Source: Christensenellaceae bacterium
GTDB lineage: Bacteria > Bacillota > Clostridia > Christensenellales > Borkfalkiaceae
Direction of reading: 5' to 3'
Assembly (NCBI GenBank): GCA_045587245.1
Contig: JAZNBU010000018.1
Location: forward strand, 10,775 to 74,774
DNA: 64,000 bases
The translations under genes were made by a program, and so were the position numbers. Positions within the stretch are counted from its first letter, which is position 1, and each line of letters opens with the position of its first letter. Shown in pieces: positions 45,973 through 55,151 of the stretch. The notes under the pieces were generated by a model. That model worked only from the letters and a program-made list of their open reading frames with translations. It was not told the origin of the DNA and made no database searches.

Positions 45973-47217
45973 ATGAAAGACCAACAAAAAAGATTTGATA
46001 TGTATAAAAAACCTATAAAGCCGAAGTGGTATCTTAAGATTGTAGAATTTGTTGCAGCGCCATTTTATTTATGGTTTAATAAAGGAAGAGTAAAAACCGA
46101 AAAGGCAGTAAAAAAGATAAAAGGGCCTTATCTAATCTTGGCAACACACGCATCGTTTATGGACTTTCCACAAATAGTTAAGGGAATTATGCCAAGAACG
46201 ACGGGCTGGGTTATGTCAGTTGAAGAATTTAGGCGTGGAGATTGGCTTATGGGTGGCATAGGTGGCATGCCAAAGCGTAAATTCACGCACGACATTGTCA
46301 CGGCAAAGCATATGCTTTATTACTTAAAAAAATTAAAGCACACGTGCACAATCTTTCCAGAAGCAAGGTTTGAGTTTGCTGGCATAAACGAAAGGTTAGA
46401 CGGGGCGCTAGGCAAGTTTTGTAAGCTTGCAGACGTGCCTGTTGTAATGTGCAAAAGTTTTGGCAACTTTATTAATTCGCCACAGTGGAGCAAACACCCT
46501 TATAGAAAAATTCGCCAAGAAGCAAATATCTATATGCTTTTTACAAGAGAAGAGCTTAAATCGATGACGGCTGAAGAAATTCAGGCAAAAATTGAAAAAG
46601 CGTTTGTTAAAGACGAGTATAAATGGCAGGTGGAAAACAACTTGCACACCAAATGCAAAAATAGGGCAGACGGACTATATAGAATTCTTTATAAATGCCC
46701 ACATTGTGGCAAAGAGTTCATGATGAAAAGTGAGGGAGTTCATCTTTGGTGTGATAATTGTGGCTCTAAGTGGGAGATGGACACTTTGAGTAGGCTTAAA
46801 GGCCTAAACACCGACAAAGGCTTTTCTCATATTCCAGATTGGTATAATTGGGAAAGAGAAGAAGTTAGAAAGGAAGTTATTAGTGGCACTTATCAATTTG
46901 AAGATGACGTTAGGGTAGAAGACTATTATTCTTCTAAAACGGGCTGTGTCCCTGTGGGAGAGGCGCACTTAATACATAATAAAGATGGCTTTACGATTAA
47001 GGGAATTGTTGACGGTCAGCCATTTGATATTAACAAACCTGTCTCATCAATGTATTCAGTGCATATCGAATACGACTTTTTAGGCCGTGGCGATGCGATA
47101 GATATTGCAACCGATAAAACAACCTATTTTATGTTCTTAAAATCGGCAAACAATCACTTAACCAAAATTCACTTTGCAACCGAAGAGCTTTACGACTTTT
47201 ACGTAAGGAATAGGTAA
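45973..47217 (+). CDS. PlsC-family (lysophospholipid) acyltransferase with a C-terminal zinc-ribbon-containing extension
   Basis: HX4D motif 'THASFMD'. 'CPHCGKEF ... CDNCGSKW' forms a four-Cys ribbon. ATG 45973 lies 6 nt after GGGAGG; ATG 45952 falls at the predicted transcription start. Confidence 0.7.
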   Translation: MKDQQKRFDMYKKPIKPKWYLKIVEFVAAPFYLWFNKGRVKTEKAVKKIKGPYLILATHASFMDFPQIVKGIMPRTTGWVMSVEEFRRGDWLMGGIGGMPKRKFTHDIVTAKHMLYYLKKLKHTCTIFPEARFEFAGINERLDGALGKFCKLADVPVVMCKSFGNFINSPQWSKHPYRKIRQEANIYMLFTREELKSMTAEEIQAKIEKAFVKDEYKWQVENNLHTKCKNRADGLYRILYKCPHCGKEFMMKSEGVHLWCDNCGSKWEMDTLSRLKGLNTDKGFSHIPDWYNWEREEVRKEVISGTYQFEDDVRVEDYYSSKTGCVPVGEAHLIHNKDGFTIKGIVDGQPFDINKPVSSMYSVHIEYDFLGRGDAIDIATDKTTYFMFLKSANNHLTKIHFATEELYDFYVRNR

Positions 47218-47230
47218 ATAAAAAACAAAA

Positions 47231-47256
47231 AAGACATAGCGATTACGCTATGTCTT
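47231..47256. terminator. Bidirectional terminator between the acyltransferase (+) and sepF (-) genes
   Basis: AAGACATAGCG / CGCTATGTCTT perfect stem with an ATTA loop. T-rich on both strands. Confidence 0.8.
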
Positions 47257-47274
47257 TATATTTTAGTTTAGAAA

Positions 47275-47595
47275 CTATCTAACTTCAACGCCAGAAGGTG
47301 AGAACATAAACACGTTTTTGCTCATTTCATAAACGCCACCACCGAGTGCGTAGATTGCGCCAGAAAGCATATCTAAAACACGGATAGCCGTTTCTGTTTT
47401 GAGTTCGGTTAAATGCACAACGGCGTTTTTGCCCATTTTCATAGCATCAATAATGCTTTCAACGTCACTAAATGCAGAAGGGCTAAAAACAGCCACAGGG
47501 CCTGTTTTATCGTTTAATTCCGTGGTTAAATTGTTAATCCCAGAGCGGTCATTTTTAGTTTTTGGCTCTCTGCCAAACAAATCAAATACACCCAT
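47275..47595 (-). CDS. sepF: Cell division protein SepF (short form)
   Basis: The C-terminal core 'VAVFSPSAFSDVESIIDAMKMGKNAVVHL ... ILDMLSGAIYALGG' is typical of SepF/YlmF. It follows ylmE with a 14-nt overlap. Confidence 0.85.
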   Translation of the reverse strand: MGVFDLFGREPKTKNDRSGINNLTTELNDKTGPVAVFSPSAFSDVESIIDAMKMGKNAVVHLTELKTETAIRVLDMLSGAIYALGGGVYEMSKNVFMFSPSGVEVR

Positions 47596-48280
47596 TATTC
47601 TCTTCCTTTTTATCTAAATAATTTCTTTTTCCAAAAATACTTGAGCCAAGTCTAATCATATTGCTTCCGTTTTGAATTGCAATCATATAATCGTTGGACA
47701 TACCCATTGACAAAAATTCAAAAGCCAATCCGTAAGATTTAAGTTTATCGAAAAGCTCTCGCATTTTAAGGCACAAACTTTTTAGCAAACTTTCATCATC
47801 GGTGTGGGGGAGCATCGCCATAAGACCTTTTATACAAACGTTAGAATATTTTTTTGATATTTCAATAGTTTGGTCAAAGGCTTGCTCTAAGGTAAACCCA
47901 CTTTTAGAAAGTTCGCCACCGATATTAATTTCTATCAAAACGTTTTGAATAACGTTTTTCTTTTTTGCTACTCTATCAATTTCAAAGGCAAGTTTATCGC
48001 TATCAACAGAGTGAATAAGGTCAACGTTGCCAACTAAGTATTTAACTTTATTAGTTTGCAAGTGCCCGATAAAATGTTGCTTAGCACCAACAATAAATTG
48101 ATGCTTTGCGTTAAACTCTTGAACTTTGTTTTCAGCCACAACTTTAAGCCCTAAACTTATAGCCTTGTTTATTGTATCAGCGTCCACCATTTTAGTAGCA
48201 CCGACAAGGATTATAGGCTCGCCAAAATTGTTGCCGTTTGAGATATTAGAAAAAATAGTTTGTAAGTTTTTTTCAAGCAT
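47582..48280 (-). CDS. ylmE: YggS/YlmE family pyridoxal-phosphate homeostasis protein
   Basis: 'LVGATKMV' (PLP Lys) and 'HFIGHLQTNKVK' motifs. Confidence 0.9.
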   Translation of the reverse strand: MLEKNLQTIFSNISNGNNFGEPIILVGATKMVDADTINKAISLGLKVVAENKVQEFNAKHQFIVGAKQHFIGHLQTNKVKYLVGNVDLIHSVDSDKLAFEIDRVAKKKNVIQNVLIEINIGGELSKSGFTLEQAFDQTIEISKKYSNVCIKGLMAMLPHTDDESLLKSLCLKMRELFDKLKSYGLAFEFLSMGMSNDYMIAIQNGSNMIRLGSSIFGKRNYLDKKEENNGCI

Positions 48281-48281
48281 G

Positions 48282-49037
48282 TTATTTTTGATTTATAACG
48301 TCACTCATATTGTATAAGCCATTAGGCATTTTTACAATAAACTCAGCAGCCTTAACAGCACCATCAGCAAAAACACTTCTGTCAGTTGCTTGGTGAGTTA
48401 ACGTAATTGTTTCAAAGTTAGAAGCAAAAATAACTTGATGTTCGCCAACAATGCCACCGCCACGAACAGCGTGTATGCCAATTTCGTTTTGGTCACGCTT
48501 GCCAACGATACCGTTTCTTCCGTAAGTATAGAATTTATCATCATCAACGCTTTTAACTGCATCGGCAAGCATAAGCGCCGTGCCACTTGGTGCATCAACC
48601 TTTTGGTTGTGGTGTTTTTCAATAATTTCAATATCAAATCCACCAAGTGATGAAGTTGCTTTCTTTACAAGGTCGATAAGTGCATTTACGCCAAGCGACA
48701 TATTGCCAGAACGGAAAAGTGGTAAAGATTTGCTATACTCATTAATTTTTTCAATTTGCTCAGGGGAATAACCGGTTGCGCATAAAACGGCAGGGATATT
48801 CTTTTTAGAGCAAAAGTTTAATATATTATCAAGGTTAGTTGGCGCAGAAAAGTCGATAACAACGTCAACGTTTTCATTTACTTTGTCGAAACTATCATAA
48901 ATAGGGAAGTCTTTATCAAAACAATTTAGAGCGATGTCAACACCACAAACAGCTTTAACGTTTTGGTTAGCTTTACAAGATTCAAAAACCTTTCTTCCCA
49001 TTCTTCCGTTAGCGCCACTAATTAAAATATTTATCAT
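48282..49037 (-). CDS. dapB: 4-hydroxy-tetrahydrodipicolinate reductase
   Basis: 'ISGANGRMG' and 'EKHHNQKVDAPSGTAL' motifs. Confidence 0.93.
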   Translation of the reverse strand: MINILISGANGRMGRKVFESCKANQNVKAVCGVDIALNCFDKDFPIYDSFDKVNENVDVVIDFSAPTNLDNILNFCSKKNIPAVLCATGYSPEQIEKINEYSKSLPLFRSGNMSLGVNALIDLVKKATSSLGGFDIEIIEKHHNQKVDAPSGTALMLADAVKSVDDDKFYTYGRNGIVGKRDQNEIGIHAVRGGGIVGEHQVIFASNFETITLTHQATDRSVFADGAVKAAEFIVKMPNGLYNMSDVINQK

Positions 49038-49040
49038 ATC

Positions 49041-49934
49041 TTACTCCTTAATAGAAAAACCAAAGTCAGTTAGAATTTTTTTCATTAACTCTGTATGTTC
49101 AGGCTCAAGCTCAGTAAGTGGAGCACGAACAATGCCTGTTCCAAGTCCGATAAGTTCAGCAGCTTTTTTTACAGGGATAGGGTTAACTTCGCAGAACATA
49201 ACGTCAATAAGTGGCAAAAGTCTTTCTTGAAGTTCATATGCTTCTTTATTCTTTCCAGCATAATATAATCTAGCAACGTCACCAACTTCTTTTGGTGCAA
49301 TGTTAGAAGCAACTGAGATTAAACCCATAGAACCAATACTCATCATAGCAAGGTTAAGGTTGTCGTCACCAGAATAAAGGGCAGTTTTGCCACGGATAAG
49401 ACGTGCAGTTTCGCAAATTTGTTCCATATTACCACAAGCTTCTTTAACACCGCCGATATTTTTATGTTCAGCGATTTCAGCCATAGTTGTTGGCAAAATG
49501 TTTACGCCTGTTCTAGCAGGAACGTTATAGCAAAGAACAGGAATATCAACGTTGTCGCAAACGTCGTTATAATACTTAACTAACCCCTTTTGAGTGCATT
49601 TATTATAGTAAGGCGTGACAACTAATAAGCCGTCAGCGCCAACTTTTTGTGCAAATTGGCTTTTTTCAATTGCCTTTTTAGTACAGTTACTGCCAGAGCC
49701 TAAAATAAACTTAACTCTGCCAGCAATGGTGTCGTAAGCAAATTTAGCAATGCTTTCATATTCGCTGTCGGTGATAGTAGGTGTTTCGCCCGTCGTGCCG
49801 AGAATAGTTAAAGCATCAATCCCATTTTCAATTTGATATTCTATTTGTTTTTTAAATGCCTTGTAGTCAATTCCGTCTTCGGTAAAAGGGGTAATTGCAG
49901 CCGTACAAGTTCCCTTAAAAATAATCTTGTTCAT
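49041..49934 (-). CDS. dapA: 4-hydroxy-tetrahydrodipicolinate synthase
   Basis: 'GTTGE' and 'YNVPARTG' motifs, 297 aa. Confidence 0.95.
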   Translation of the reverse strand: MNKIIFKGTCTAAITPFTEDGIDYKAFKKQIEYQIENGIDALTILGTTGETPTITDSEYESIAKFAYDTIAGRVKFILGSGSNCTKKAIEKSQFAQKVGADGLLVVTPYYNKCTQKGLVKYYNDVCDNVDIPVLCYNVPARTGVNILPTTMAEIAEHKNIGGVKEACGNMEQICETARLIRGKTALYSGDDNLNLAMMSIGSMGLISVASNIAPKEVGDVARLYYAGKNKEAYELQERLLPLIDVMFCEVNPIPVKKAAELIGLGTGIVRAPLTELEPEHTELMKKILTDFGFSIKE

Positions 49935-49968
49935 TTTTAACTCCTAAAAGTTAGTTTAATTAGTTAAA

Positions 49969-50985
49969 TTAGTTCAATTGGTCTTTAACTGCACCCATTT
50001 CAATTGCCTTTTCAGCGATTTGAATAGTGTTTGTTGCAGCACCCTTTCTAATATTGTCGGCAACGCACCAGAGGTTGATACCACTTTCCACAGTTTCGTC
50101 CTTTCTAATTCTACCAACAAATACTTCGTCCTTGTCTTCAGCAACGAGTGGCATAGGGTAAAGGTTGTTTGCACCGTCGTCTTGAACAACAACGCCTTCA
50201 GCCTCGCTTAAAACCTTTTTAACTTCTTCAACAGTGCAAGGCTTTTCAAATTCAAGGTTGATAGATTCGCTGTGACCATAGAAAACAGGAACTCTAACAC
50301 AAGTAGCCGTTACTTTAATTGATTGGTCGTTTAAGATTTTCTTTGTTTCAAAAATCATTTTGTCTTCTTCTTTAGTGTAGCCATTTTCTAGGAACACGTC
50401 GATATGTGGCAAGCAGTTAGCAAAAATTGGGTGTGGGAATTTTTGTGGGGCTTCGCCGTTTGCGCCATTTTTAAGGTCGTTAAAACCTTTAACGCCAGCA
50501 CCTGAAACTGCTTGATATGTAGAATAAATAACTCTCTTAATTTTGAAAGCTTTGTGAAGTGGTTTTAAAACAACCATTGCTTGAATTGTAGAGCAGTTTG
50601 GGTTAGCGATGATATTCTTGTGCCAAGCAATATCTTCGGCATTACATTCTGGAACAACGAGAGGAACGTCTTTATCTCTACGCCAAGCATTAGAGTTATC
50701 AATAACCAAAATGCCGTGCTTAGCAAAAATAGGTGCATATTCTTTACTTATATCTCCACCTGCAGAAAAGAGTGCAATATCAATTTTTTTATCAACGATA
50801 TTCTTTTCAGCAAGTTCAATAACTGTGTGTGGTTTGCCCATAAAATCAATGGTTGTACCAGCAGACCTTGCTGAAGCGAAAAGATAATAATTTTCAACTG
50901 GTAAGTTTCTTTCTGATAAAACTTGTAAAAATTTTCTGCCGACCATACCTGTTGCGCCGACAACTGCTACGTTATACTTTTTCAT
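49969..50985 (-). CDS. asd: Aspartate-semialdehyde dehydrogenase
   Basis: 'VVGATGMVG' and the active-site 'ANPNCSTI', 338 aa. Confidence 0.95.
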   Translation of the reverse strand: MKKYNVAVVGATGMVGRKFLQVLSERNLPVENYYLFASARSAGTTIDFMGKPHTVIELAEKNIVDKKIDIALFSAGGDISKEYAPIFAKHGILVIDNSNAWRRDKDVPLVVPECNAEDIAWHKNIIANPNCSTIQAMVVLKPLHKAFKIKRVIYSTYQAVSGAGVKGFNDLKNGANGEAPQKFPHPIFANCLPHIDVFLENGYTKEEDKMIFETKKILNDQSIKVTATCVRVPVFYGHSESINLEFEKPCTVEEVKKVLSEAEGVVVQDDGANNLYPMPLVAEDKDEVFVGRIRKDETVESGINLWCVADNIRKGAATNTIQIAEKAIEMGAVKDQLN

Positions 50986-51210
50986 AGTAAGTCTCCTGTA
51001 AACATAATATATGGATAGTTTATCAAAACAAAGTAAAAAAGTAAAGTTTTTTTTCGCATTATACCTAATTTTATTTGTAAAATATTTAAATTTAGTGTAT
51101 ATTTTATAGTAGGCGTTCGATTAGGCCATTGTGATATACTAATTAAAAGATAAAAATTACAATATTTAGTTGGATTAAAAATGAGTGTTAAACTCTAAAC
51201 GGAGAAGAAA

Positions 51211-52476
51211 ATGGCAAAGAAAAAAAGAGGAATTTTTGATAGGCTCGTAATGGGTTCGGAAAAATCTGAAGGATATGCAAGAGCATCGCTTCCGTCTAAT
51301 AGATGGGAACTCTTTTGGGATATATTTAAGAATAGGTTTGGCAAGTTAGTTTTAATTAATTTACTCATAATTTTATTTTGCTTGCCAACTTTTGCATTGT
51401 TTTTATTAAGGTACGTAGCGGTTGTAAACTATGGCAGTATGTATCCGTTTTCACAAAGTTTTGGGGTGGGGTATGGCGCTCTTCCAGATATGACCGGCGC
51501 AAGCGAAAATATTATTTTTATAGTAAATATGGGAACGTATATTTTCTCGCCACTTGTGTTTTGTATTGCAGGCATAGGGCTTGCCGGTGCGATTTACGTT
51601 ATTAGGAATATGGTTTGGACGGAAGGAATATTCGTTGCAAACGATTTTTGGTACGGAATAAAGAAAAATTTTAAGCAATTTATGCTTATTACGTTTGTAT
51701 ATTCAATTGTATTCTACCTATCAATTTTATCAATTTCTATATGCGATAAAACCATTGTAGGCAATCCAGATAACGAGTGGCTATACGTTGTGACCAAAGT
51801 GCTTAGCTATATAATTTTAATAACATTTTCGGTTATGACGCTCCATATGCTCGTAATGTCTGCAACGTATTCGTTAAAGTATAGACAGCTTTTCAAAAAT
51901 TCGCTTATTTTTACTTTAGTGTTGCTTCCAAACAATGCGCTATTTATCGTGCTTGGCTTAATACCACTCTTTTTAACACTTCTTGGCGGAATGTTTATGC
52001 TCATTGGCGTTTTGATGCTTTTAATATTTGGCTTTTCGCTTTTCCTTTTGATTTGGGTTGACTATTCTCAATGGACGTACGATAGTTTTATAAACGATAG
52101 AATCAAAGGCGCAAAAAAGAATAGGGGTATATATCAAAAAGTTAAAAAAGACGAATCATTGGCGATTAAAAAATACAGAGAGCAACTTGCTATGGCTGAG
52201 CATTCGGCACTAAACTCTAAACCTGTTAAGCCTATAACTGATGATGACTTAACCATTGCAGAGCTTCCAACCTCGTTCAGCAGAGACGATATTAGAAAAC
52301 TTGAAGAAAGCAAACAAGCGCTTTATGATGACCACGCTAAATACGTTGAAGAGCATAAAAAGAAAGATAAGCACGAGTTTACCGAACAAGATATGGAAGT
52401 TGAAAGGTTAAGACAAGAAAGAGAAAAGAGAATTCAAAAAGCAAAGAAAGAGCTTGCAAAGAGAAATAAAAAATAA
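51211..52476 (+). CDS. Integral membrane protein (possibly DUF624/YesL-like) with a long charged C-terminal tail
   Basis: About 6 hydrophobic segments, followed by roughly 130 aa of a K/E-rich, helix-prone tail. The family assignment is tentative. Confidence 0.55.
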   Translation: MAKKKRGIFDRLVMGSEKSEGYARASLPSNRWELFWDIFKNRFGKLVLINLLIILFCLPTFALFLLRYVAVVNYGSMYPFSQSFGVGYGALPDMTGASENIIFIVNMGTYIFSPLVFCIAGIGLAGAIYVIRNMVWTEGIFVANDFWYGIKKNFKQFMLITFVYSIVFYLSILSISICDKTIVGNPDNEWLYVVTKVLSYIILITFSVMTLHMLVMSATYSLKYRQLFKNSLIFTLVLLPNNALFIVLGLIPLFLTLLGGMFMLIGVLMLLIFGFSLFLLIWVDYSQWTYDSFINDRIKGAKKNRGIYQKVKKDESLAIKKYREQLAMAEHSALNSKPVKPITDDDLTIAELPTSFSRDDIRKLEESKQALYDDHAKYVEEHKKKDKHEFTEQDMEVERLRQEREKRIQKAKKELAKRNKK

Positions 52477-52486
52477 CAAATTATAA

Positions 52487-52515
52487 AAAGACGCTTATTT
52501 TATATAGGCGTCTTT
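52487..52515 (+). terminator. Probable terminator after the membrane protein gene
   Basis: AAAGACGC / GCGTCTTT stem followed by a weak T-run. Confidence 0.5.
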
Positions 52516-52559
52516 GATAACTTATAGAAAAACACTAATTATATAAAGGATAAAACGCT

Positions 52560-53417
52560 TTGAATAAATTACTTAAAACCATTGTGTTCGACGGGCAAAT
52601 TACTTTGTCGGTGTTAGATACGACTGAAATGGTAAACGACGCTATAAAAATTCATAAATTATCGCCTGTATGTGCTGCGGCGCTAGGGCGTACACTTACG
52701 GTTTGTACTTTTATGTCAAGTAACCTTAAAAACCAAAAAGATAAACTTTCGGTGACTATTAAAGGCGATGGCAAGGGTGGCAAAATAACCGTGTGTGGTA
52801 ACGGCAACCTTGAAATGCGTGGATTTATAGATAACCCACAAATTGACCTTCCTTTAAGACCAGACGGCAAGCTTAACGTAGGCGCATGCGTGGGCAAAAA
52901 CGGCAGACTTACCGTTGTTAGAAGTATGGGGCTAAAAGAACCATATACAGGGAGCAGTGAGCTTATTACCGGCGAGATAGCAGAAGACTTTACGGCATAT
53001 TATGCGTTTAGTGAACAAATGCCAACGGCAATGGCCTTAGGCGTTAAGATAGGCAGGGACGGAAAATGTGTGGGGGCTGGTGGCGTTATAGTCCAAGCGT
53101 TGCCGGGTGCAAGCGACGAGGCGCTATTTTTAGCAGAAGAAATCGTTAAAGACTGCGCAAACGTTTCAACGCTTATTGAAGAGCACGGTGCAGAGTGGAT
53201 TGTAAAAGAATTATTTTTCACCGACCAATATAACGAATATCACCCAGAGTATAAGTGTCTTTGCACTAAGGAACATATAGAAAAGGTGCTTATATCTTTA
53301 GGTAAAGCTGAACTTCTTGATATTGTCAAAACTCAAGGCAAAATTAGTGTTGAGTGTGAATTTTGCGATAAAATTTACGAGTTTGATGATTTAGACGTTG
53401 AGAACTTTTTTAAGTAA
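52560..53417 (+). CDS. hslO: Redox-regulated chaperone Hsp33
   Basis: The Hsp33 N-terminal fold pattern and the C-terminal zinc centre 'CLCTKE ... CEFCDKIY'. TTG start. Confidence 0.9.
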   Translation: MNKLLKTIVFDGQITLSVLDTTEMVNDAIKIHKLSPVCAAALGRTLTVCTFMSSNLKNQKDKLSVTIKGDGKGGKITVCGNGNLEMRGFIDNPQIDLPLRPDGKLNVGACVGKNGRLTVVRSMGLKEPYTGSSELITGEIAEDFTAYYAFSEQMPTAMALGVKIGRDGKCVGAGGVIVQALPGASDEALFLAEEIVKDCANVSTLIEEHGAEWIVKELFFTDQYNEYHPEYKCLCTKEHIEKVLISLGKAELLDIVKTQGKISVECEFCDKIYEFDDLDVENFFK

Positions 53418-53441
53418 AAATTAAGCAACTGATAATATAAA

Positions 53442-55151
53442 ATGAACAAGATTATACCATTTGAAAAAGATATAAATAGATATATTCGGCTTGCTACACG
53501 TTGCATAGAAAACAAAGATTATTTGGGTGCGCTTGCCTTTTTGTTTGACGGCGAAAAAATTGGAAAAAATTATGAAATTTATGCTCAGATTGCAAGTGTG
53601 TATGCACTTATGGAGCAATATGAAATGTCTAATTTATATTGGTTTAGATATTTGTATTACGCCCCAAAAGACAAGATGCCAAATTGTTATGAAGAGCTTG
53701 CAATAAACTATTTTTACCTAGATAATTTATGGGCATCGGGCTATTATTTTCACAAAAAAATATCAACTGACGGCTTTGTTTCTAAGCAAGATATAGACCC
53801 TGAAATCATTGATTTTTTCTCAGGCGAAGAAGCTAAAAAATATGCTTATAGAGTTGTTTATCCATACGATAAAGCCGACTATTCGTTAGAGCTAACTAAT
53901 GCAAAAAGATTTATTCGTGCGGGTAGTTTTAAAGAAAGCATAGCCGAACTAAATAAAGTTCCTAAGGCTTGTCTTGACGAGCAGGCTTTAGATGATTTAA
54001 CCGTTGCATACTTGATGGTTGATGATTATAAAAATGCTGAAAAAACGGCAAGAGATTCAATAAATAAGTATGGAGATAGCTTAAACGCATACTGCAATTT
54101 ATCCACTATTTTTGAAATGCAAAAAGATGCAGAAAATGCAGAGTTTTATTATCGAAAAGCCTTAAGCTTATTTGACAAAAAAAATGACGATTGTTATAAA
54201 ATTGTCGGCTGTGCGATAGAAAGAAAAGACCACGAGATTGCTAAAAATTGTTTTGAGAAAATCGTAGAAGATAGACCTTTTGACTTTACAATGCGTTTTT
54301 TCTATGCGTTGTCGCTGATAAACTTAGGGAACTATCAAAAGGGCTTAGATGAGCTTAAGAAAGCCTACCTTCATAACACCAAAGATTTTGTTATTGAATA
54401 TTACGTAAACTTAACAAAAAATCTTATAGACGGCAGTGGTTTAGACAGTAAACTTTTGCCACTTCCATATTATAAAGAACTGCCTAAAAAACGCCAAAAC
54501 GAATATAAGAAAAAGATAGGCGAGCTTGCAAAAAATCCACAAAATATAAACGCTCAAATTAAAAAGGCTGAAATAAAACAAATGCTTACTTGGGGGCTTA
54601 TTTTTGGCAAGGATAGCCTTATGAAAGAGTGCGCAATGATTTTATCGTATTGCGATAAAAAAACGTTTAAGGAAATTGCGCTTAACGTTTTGCTTAACCC
54701 AGACGTTAATGCCGATGCAAAAAGGCTTTTAGTCTATGCGCTATGCATCACGGGTGTCAAAGGCAAATTAGGTGTTGTTGCAGGCAGTTATTACGCAGAA
54801 TTTAACTTAAAAAAATTGCTTTGCGAAAAGCATATAGAAAGCAGAACTTATATTTCGGCATATGCACTTTGCATATCAAGAATGTTGTTTTACGGCATAG
54901 ATGATTTTACAAATATGGTAAACGCAACCGACAGGCTGTTTTTCGATATTGGAAATAAGGTTAATAGCGATGAAGTTACAAACGAAGAACTTGCGGGGCT
55001 AATTTTATCGCAAAGTGGCTATGAAAATTTTTCAAACAATAAATTTATTATGTCGGTTTTTGACGTTGAAGAAAGTAAATTACAAAAACTAATAGGCATT
55101 GCTGAAAAGGCAAAAAAGGAGAGAGATAATGATAAAAATAATAGACGTTGA
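53442..55151 (+). CDS. TPR-repeat protein
   Basis: 569 aa with repeated 34-residue 'A..Y....L........A...Y..AL' patterns. No catalytic motif recognised. Confidence 0.65.
   Translation: MNKIIPFEKDINRYIRLATRCIENKDYLGALAFLFDGEKIGKNYEIYAQIASVYALMEQYEMSNLYWFRYLYYAPKDKMPNCYEELAINYFYLDNLWASGYYFHKKISTDGFVSKQDIDPEIIDFFSGEEAKKYAYRVVYPYDKADYSLELTNAKRFIRAGSFKESIAELNKVPKACLDEQALDDLTVAYLMVDDYKNAEKTARDSINKYGDSLNAYCNLSTIFEMQKDAENAEFYYRKALSLFDKKNDDCYKIVGCAIERKDHEIAKNCFEKIVEDRPFDFTMRFFYALSLINLGNYQKGLDELKKAYLHNTKDFVIEYYVNLTKNLIDGSGLDSKLLPLPYYKELPKKRQNEYKKKIGELAKNPQNINAQIKKAEIKQMLTWGLIFGKDSLMKECAMILSYCDKKTFKEIALNVLLNPDVNADAKRLLVYALCITGVKGKLGVVAGSYYAEFNLKKLLCEKHIESRTYISAYALCISRMLFYGIDDFTNMVNATDRLFFDIGNKVNSDEVTNEELAGLILSQSGYENFSNNKFIMSVFDVEESKLQKLIGIAEKAKKERDNDKNNRR

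Noticed and set aside
50986-51210. Possible lysine (L-box) riboswitch upstream of asd-dapA-dapB
   Set aside because: The region is very AT-rich and lacks the conserved G-rich L-box helices as I remember them. It still deserves an Rfam scan.
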